DNA of 30,400 nucleotides from an uncultured Gammaproteobacteria bacterium (GTDB taxonomy: Bacteria; Patescibacteriota; Microgenomatia; Daviesbacterales; UBA10151). Both the position numbers and the translations under genes were made by a program. Location of the stretch: contig CAYHYM010000009.1 in the NCBI GenBank assembly GCA_964360965.1, forward strand, positions 1 through 30,400. Direction: 5' to 3'. The notes beneath the pieces were generated by a model, which did not search any database, was not told the DNA's origin, and worked only from the letters and a program-made list of their open reading frames with translations. Shown here one piece after another: positions 26,667 to 30,400 of the stretch (positions are counted from its first letter, which is position 1; every line of letters begins with the position of its first letter).

Positions 26667-28195
26667 ATACTTTTCCTTAGTATAACTCTATTTTCTGCAT
26701 TATACAACAAATCTTTTGCACTATTTGCCTCATATCTTTCCACCACCACCCCATAAACTCCCCTCTCCACCAAAAATTCCAACACTTCAGGATATAAAGC
26801 CAAACTTCCATAAGTTATAAACGGTATCTTAGATTTATGTAATAGTTTTAACCCATCCTCCATAAATTTTAATAAACCACTCACTTCGTTTTTGTAAAAC
26901 ATCAAATCCTCCTGTGTGGTGTCGAATCCATTTAAATGAGCTATCAGTTCATCCAGGTTTAACACCACTCCATCCAAACCAGCTACCAGATAATCCTCCA
27001 AATTAACAATATTTTCCGGTACAGCTACTTCCAGCCAAAGCTGTAAGGAGTTTTTTCTGGACAACTTTTTAACAGCCAGTTCTCTTTTAATTTGTAAAAA
27101 CTCCCCAACTCCTCTAACAAACGGAATAACTATGTGAATATTATTTATGCCTTTTTTAAGACTGCCATCTGGCAGTCGCAATTTATGCTTATGCCTTATA
27201 AAATCAGCTGCATCCACCATGGGCTGGAAAAGACTCTGTTGATGCAAAAGCCTTAATGTCCCCCTGACTTTACCCATCCCCTCTGATTTATCAGCCAGTT
27301 TAAATAAAATGGGAGAACTTGGAAAAGTTGCGGCAGATTCCACCAATCTAAAAACCAAATCCTCAAAAGAATCTCTTACGTTATTTAGATCAAATATTTT
27401 CTCAGAAGCAATATAGATTCCATCAACTGCCCTTTCCACTACCAATCCCGTAGATAAATCCAAAAAGACTTTCACGGCACTTAATACCTTAGGTGTCCTA
27501 TCTGGACCACCTCCCAGGTGTATGTCCACACCGGGTGTGTGGTAGCTTGACACCCCGGGGTGGGTATAGGGCTTAATTCCAACAATTTTAACTCCCCTAT
27601 CAACAATCCATTCATACTGATGAGGTATAAACAACTTTTTATTAGCTTCTCTGACTATCTCATCCAATTTTTTCAAATCATTAGGAGCAAGTTTCCCCCA
27701 TTTGACATTAATCACAGTATCATCCAGTATGGGATCAAAATAAGCTAACCCTAAGCTCCCTACCTTTTTTACAAAAGTTACCACCTGAGGCTCCAAATTC
27801 TCTGTAATGCCCTGATAAAAACCCTCTTTCCAAAGTCTAGCTTTAGTCTGTTCCAGCCATAACTCAAGAAGCGTAAGCCAAAGATTTTTGATGGATTTAA
27901 TCTGTACTCCATTTAATAAGAAATGGTTGTGGTTGCCAACCTCTTTTTTCAAAATTACAGGGATAGGTGTGGAATTTATTTCTTTTTTTACCAGGGTTAA
28001 GCTTTGCTCAAAAATTTCCTTTGATCCAAAATCGTAATGCTCAAGGATTGTTTTAAGATGTAAATCAGGCGGGGTAACCACTATTCCTGCTCCCACCGGC
28101 AAGATTGTCCGTGCCAGTTTCCCCAAAGCCACATTTAACTGGCCAAAAATTGGGAAATCTTCATCCAGTAAAACTTTTATGGGCAGAATCTCCAT
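26663..28195 (-). CDS. PEP-utilising-enzyme (PpsA/PPDK TIM-barrel)-like protein
   Basis: HIVIPFVRGVGEFLQIKREL and LWLEVAVPENI...AGLDGVVLNLDELIAHLNGFD resemble the PEP-utilising TIM-barrel blocks. Carries a cluster of three REP-like hairpins in frame. Confidence 0.45.
   Translation of the reverse strand: MEILPIKVLLDEDFPIFGQLNVALGKLARTILPVGAGIVVTPPDLHLKTILEHYDFGSKEIFEQSLTLVKKEINSTPIPVILKKEVGNHNHFLLNGVQIKSIKNLWLTLLELWLEQTKARLWKEGFYQGITENLEPQVVTFVKKVGSLGLAYFDPILDDTVINVKWGKLAPNDLKKLDEIVREANKKLFIPHQYEWIVDRGVKIVGIKPYTHPGVSSYHTPGVDIHLGGGPDRTPKVLSAVKVFLDLSTGLVVERAVDGIYIASEKIFDLNNVRDSFEDLVFRLVESAATFPSSPILFKLADKSEGMGKVRGTLRLLHQQSLFQPMVDAADFIRHKHKLRLPDGSLKKGINNIHIVIPFVRGVGEFLQIKRELAVKKLSRKNSLQLWLEVAVPENIVNLEDYLVAGLDGVVLNLDELIAHLNGFDTTQEDLMFYKNEVSGLLKFMEDGLKLLHKSKIPFITYGSLALYPEVLEFLVERGVYGVVVERYEANSAKDLLYNAENRVILRKSI
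27508..27562. repeat. cluster of three REP-like hairpins inside the PEP-enzyme-like gene
   Basis: CACCT-CCC-AGGTG (27508-27520), CACAC-CGG-GTGTG (27527-27539), and GCTTGA-CACCCCGGGGTG (27545-27562). Encodes HPGVSSYHTPGVDIHLGGG. Confidence 0.7.
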
Positions 28196-28674
28196 TATTC
28201 TATCTTAATTTTATCACCAACTTTGATCTCATATGTATCAGCAAAACCGGCATTTAATTCCAATACTGAATCTATTGGTTCTTTGGGTCGATAAATTGGC
28301 AAATTTTGATCTTCCTGTCCTATATTTGGAATTGGCACATTTTTTGTAATATCAATTACCAGCTTATCTTTTATCCAGATAAAATCAAGCGGGAACTTTA
28401 CTCCTTTCATCCAAAAAGTGTATTTTTTAGCTTCAGGAAAAATAAAAAGCATGCCCGAGTCTGAAGCTAAAAATTCTCTGTCACCCAAACCAAGTTTTCT
28501 TTTTTCAGCAGTGTCTGCTACCTCAGCTTTAAGCTTGACGCTTCCAATACTGATTTCTTTTATTGGCTGATTTTGAGATGTGGAAATAGGAAGATGTATC
28601 CTGGAGGTATAAAGAGCCAGCGCAGTTATTATGATAGTCACTAAAACAGTTGCCTGGATAACAAACTTTTTCAT
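28195..28674 (-). CDS. DUF192 domain protein
   Basis: GLGDREFLASDSGMLFIF...FWMKGVKFPLDFIWI...VLELNAG. Start set to ATG 28674 (MKKFVIQATVLV, signal anchor), which removes the overlap with the SNase gene. Confidence 0.7.
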   Translation of the reverse strand: MKKFVIQATVLVTIIITALALYTSRIHLPISTSQNQPIKEISIGSVKLKAEVADTAEKRKLGLGDREFLASDSGMLFIFPEAKKYTFWMKGVKFPLDFIWIKDKLVIDITKNVPIPNIGQEDQNLPIYRPKEPIDSVLELNAGFADTYEIKVGDKIKIE

Positions 28675-28687
28675 TATTACAACTATA

Positions 28688-29251
28688 TTAACATGTTTTC
28701 CAAAGTCCTCGTTTTTCCAACCTGGCTTGTTTTTGAGCCTCCAAAAGCTGATTGGCATACTTTACATCAGGAGGAATGGTTAATAGTTTGGCAAAACCGG
28801 ACCTGATCAGATAATCATTGACAAATAATAATTCTCCATCCGCAGTATCAATGAAAACATAACGTAAAAGTCTCCTATATTTATCTTTATCAGTGATATC
28901 TTTTTCCAAAACAATAAATTTTCCCTCCACCAGTTTTTTATTTTCTGCTTTTGCCTGCTTGCCAAAACATTCAACACTCTTTCTGGGATCAACTGTTTCC
29001 GGTGTATCAACGCCCAGATATCTTACTCTTATCTTCCCTTCAATTTCTATGGTATCCCCATCAATCACCCTGGTAACCAAAACTTTCTCCCCTTCTACTC
29101 CAACGACCTCAGGTTGAGCGGATGCTGTGGCTATTGGTTGAGGAGCTGATGATGGCTCACTGGTAATTTGTAACCCAAACCAAAGAAAGCCAACACCTAA
29201 AAATATTACCAAAATGCAAAGAGGGACTAAAAATTTTGCATATCTATCCAT
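28688..29251 (-). CDS. secreted thermonuclease (SNase-like)
   Basis: VIDGDTIEI...VRYLGVDTPE...RLLRYVF...LIRSGFA...EAQKQARLEKRGLW, after an N-terminal TM anchor. Confidence 0.8.
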   Translation of the reverse strand: MDRYAKFLVPLCILVIFLGVGFLWFGLQITSEPSSAPQPIATASAQPEVVGVEGEKVLVTRVIDGDTIEIEGKIRVRYLGVDTPETVDPRKSVECFGKQAKAENKKLVEGKFIVLEKDITDKDKYRRLLRYVFIDTADGELLFVNDYLIRSGFAKLLTIPPDVKYANQLLEAQKQARLEKRGLWKTC

Positions 29252-29266
29252 AATAGAGATCCTTTG

Positions 29267-30238
29267 TCAGTTGCTAAAAACCTGGGTAAACATTTTGCCA
29301 TAGGTTCCCCCATCAATTACCCCAATTCCCACTTTTCCAAAATCTTCCGATAAAATATTGGCCCTGTGTCCCTCTGAATTCATCAAACCCTGGTGGGCCA
29401 GTTCCAAACCGGGAGCATAGGCCAAATTCTCACCAATTACCAAAAAATCTACTCCTGATTTTATTGACCTATCTGCCACATTTTCACCCTCTGGTGAATA
29501 GTGAGAAAAATAACCTCTTTTTAACATATCTTGACTGTGCAGCCTGGCCACTCCCTGCAAATTTGGGTCAAAAATTAAATCTTTCAGTCCTGCAGTGATC
29601 CTTTCGTTATTAATAAGGTCAAACATCTCCTTTTCACTTGTCTCATCCGCTGTTAACTCAAGAGAATGGAAACCAAGATTAACTCTTTCAGAAGTTTGCG
29701 GCTTGATGGTTAAAAATGTCAACGAATCCTCAGATACACCACCAAACACATTTTTGACTGGTTGCTCCAGTCCATAAGTCCTCTTTAGTAAAAATGAGCC
29801 AATTTTTGAATCCTGTACTGACTTTTTGATTTGGGGTTGGATGGGAAAAGTGGCCGCTAAGACCAAAAATAAAGATATAAAAATCACACCTTTAAGAAGA
29901 GATGGAATGATAGCCAAAAAATTTTGCCCCCAAATTTTAATAATGGGTATTTTGGCCCAAAAAATGCGCACCACAGCAAAAAAGGTAGCCTCTACTAAAA
30001 ACCAAACGGACATAAATCCCAACACCAAAGATAACCCATGAGGAATGTCAAATTGGGTTTGATAAAAATTTGCCGGAAAATTATAATAGTTAAAAGATAC
30101 AAAAAAGGCTATTAAAAATGAGAAAAAATCCAAAATTTCAGAAGTTAAGGTCCTGCTATAACCTTCAAAGGCAAAGAATAGTAAGACAGCAAGAATAACT
30201 AAATCTACCCAGTTTAAACCTAAATCCATACCCTGCAT
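29267..30238 (-). CDS. CvpA-family membrane domain fused to CAP/SCP (YkwD-like) domain
   Basis: N-terminus NWVDLVILAVLLFFAFEGY plus about 4 TM spans. C-terminus NNERITAGL...HSQDMLKRGYFSH...GENLAY...MNSEGHRANIL. Confidence 0.7.
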   Translation of the reverse strand: MQGMDLGLNWVDLVILAVLLFFAFEGYSRTLTSEILDFFSFLIAFFVSFNYYNFPANFYQTQFDIPHGLSLVLGFMSVWFLVEATFFAVVRIFWAKIPIIKIWGQNFLAIIPSLLKGVIFISLFLVLAATFPIQPQIKKSVQDSKIGSFLLKRTYGLEQPVKNVFGGVSEDSLTFLTIKPQTSERVNLGFHSLELTADETSEKEMFDLINNERITAGLKDLIFDPNLQGVARLHSQDMLKRGYFSHYSPEGENVADRSIKSGVDFLVIGENLAYAPGLELAHQGLMNSEGHRANILSEDFGKVGIGVIDGGTYGKMFTQVFSN

Positions 30239-30275
30239 GACAATATCATATCAAATTTCGTATAATATTAAAGCT

Positions 30276-30348
30276 GGCCCGCTAGCTCAATGGTTAGAGC
30301 ACCTGCCTTTTAAGCAGGGTGTTCTGGGTTCGAGTCCCAGGCGGGTCA
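30276..30348 (+). tRNA. tRNA-Lys(UUU)
   Basis: Acceptor GGCCCGC/GCGGGTC, D arm GCTC-AATGGTT-AGAGC, anticodon stem CCTGC/GCAGG, loop CT-TTT-AA, T arm CTGGG-TTCGAGT-CCCAG. Confidence 0.85.
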
Positions 30349-30400
30349 CAAGTTAACAATAGTTAACAATAAGTGAAAGAAGTTAATAGAAACTTAATAC

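Noticed and set aside
28675-28758. Long start of the DUF192 ORF overlapping the SNase gene by 71 nt
   Set aside because: The internal ATG at 28674 gives a typical signal-anchor N-terminus and removes the overlap.
30351-30372. AGTTAACAAT x2 direct repeat after tRNA-Lys(UUU)
   Set aside because: It has only two short AT-rich units at the window edge, with too little context to interpret.

Overview
Visibly AT-rich bacterial chromosome segment with compact genes that often overlap (TAATG junctions). The content looks like a reduced Patescibacteria/CPR-type genome (inference): SecG, DUF192, a CvpA-CAP fusion, many small coiled-coil hypotheticals, and 8 tRNA genes without encoded CCA. The core is an SOS / excision-repair neighbourhood: dinB (3058-4446), uvrC (13355-14671), uvrA (18180-21443), and uvrB (21759-23771) divergent from lexA (23875-24492). 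Other calls are an aldo-keto reductase, a secreted clan GH-A-like hydrolase, a class I/II aminotransferase, an NYN protein, a GIY-YIG protein, a family-5 solute-binding protein, a transglutaminase-like protein, DedA, RsmI, a PEP-utilising-enzyme-like protein and an SNase nuclease. The most unusual layer is not genic. Short GC-rich palindromic elements of several families are scattered through the window, and most lie inside genes, in frame, without breaking the ORF. Hosts are uvrA (about 5 sites), dinB (3), uvrC (2), uvrB, rsmI, the hydrolase, the transglutaminase-like gene and the PEP-enzyme gene. One family (ACACC-NNN-GGTGT hairpins) brackets an IS200-like Y1 transposase ORF with RAYT hallmarks (16792-17448). 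A 33-nt stretch upstream of that ORF recurs exactly, inverted, as 11 in-frame codons of rsmI. A second family has terminal inverted repeats (GTCATTCCCGCG...) and carries nested 33-nt insertions of a third family. Further oddities: a synonymously recoded duplicate of the last 13 codons of uvrB just downstream of uvrB; a 15-nt-period GC-rich array between uvrA and its presumed promoter; a 103-nt promoter-hairpin-terminator module present twice upstream of tRNA genes; two orphan tRNA 3' fragments; a tRNA whose 3' end abuts a start codon; a UvrC that ends before the (HhH)2 domain; and HIT and GuaA C-terminal gene remnants next to lexA. All homology calls come from motif recognition by eye, with no searches run.
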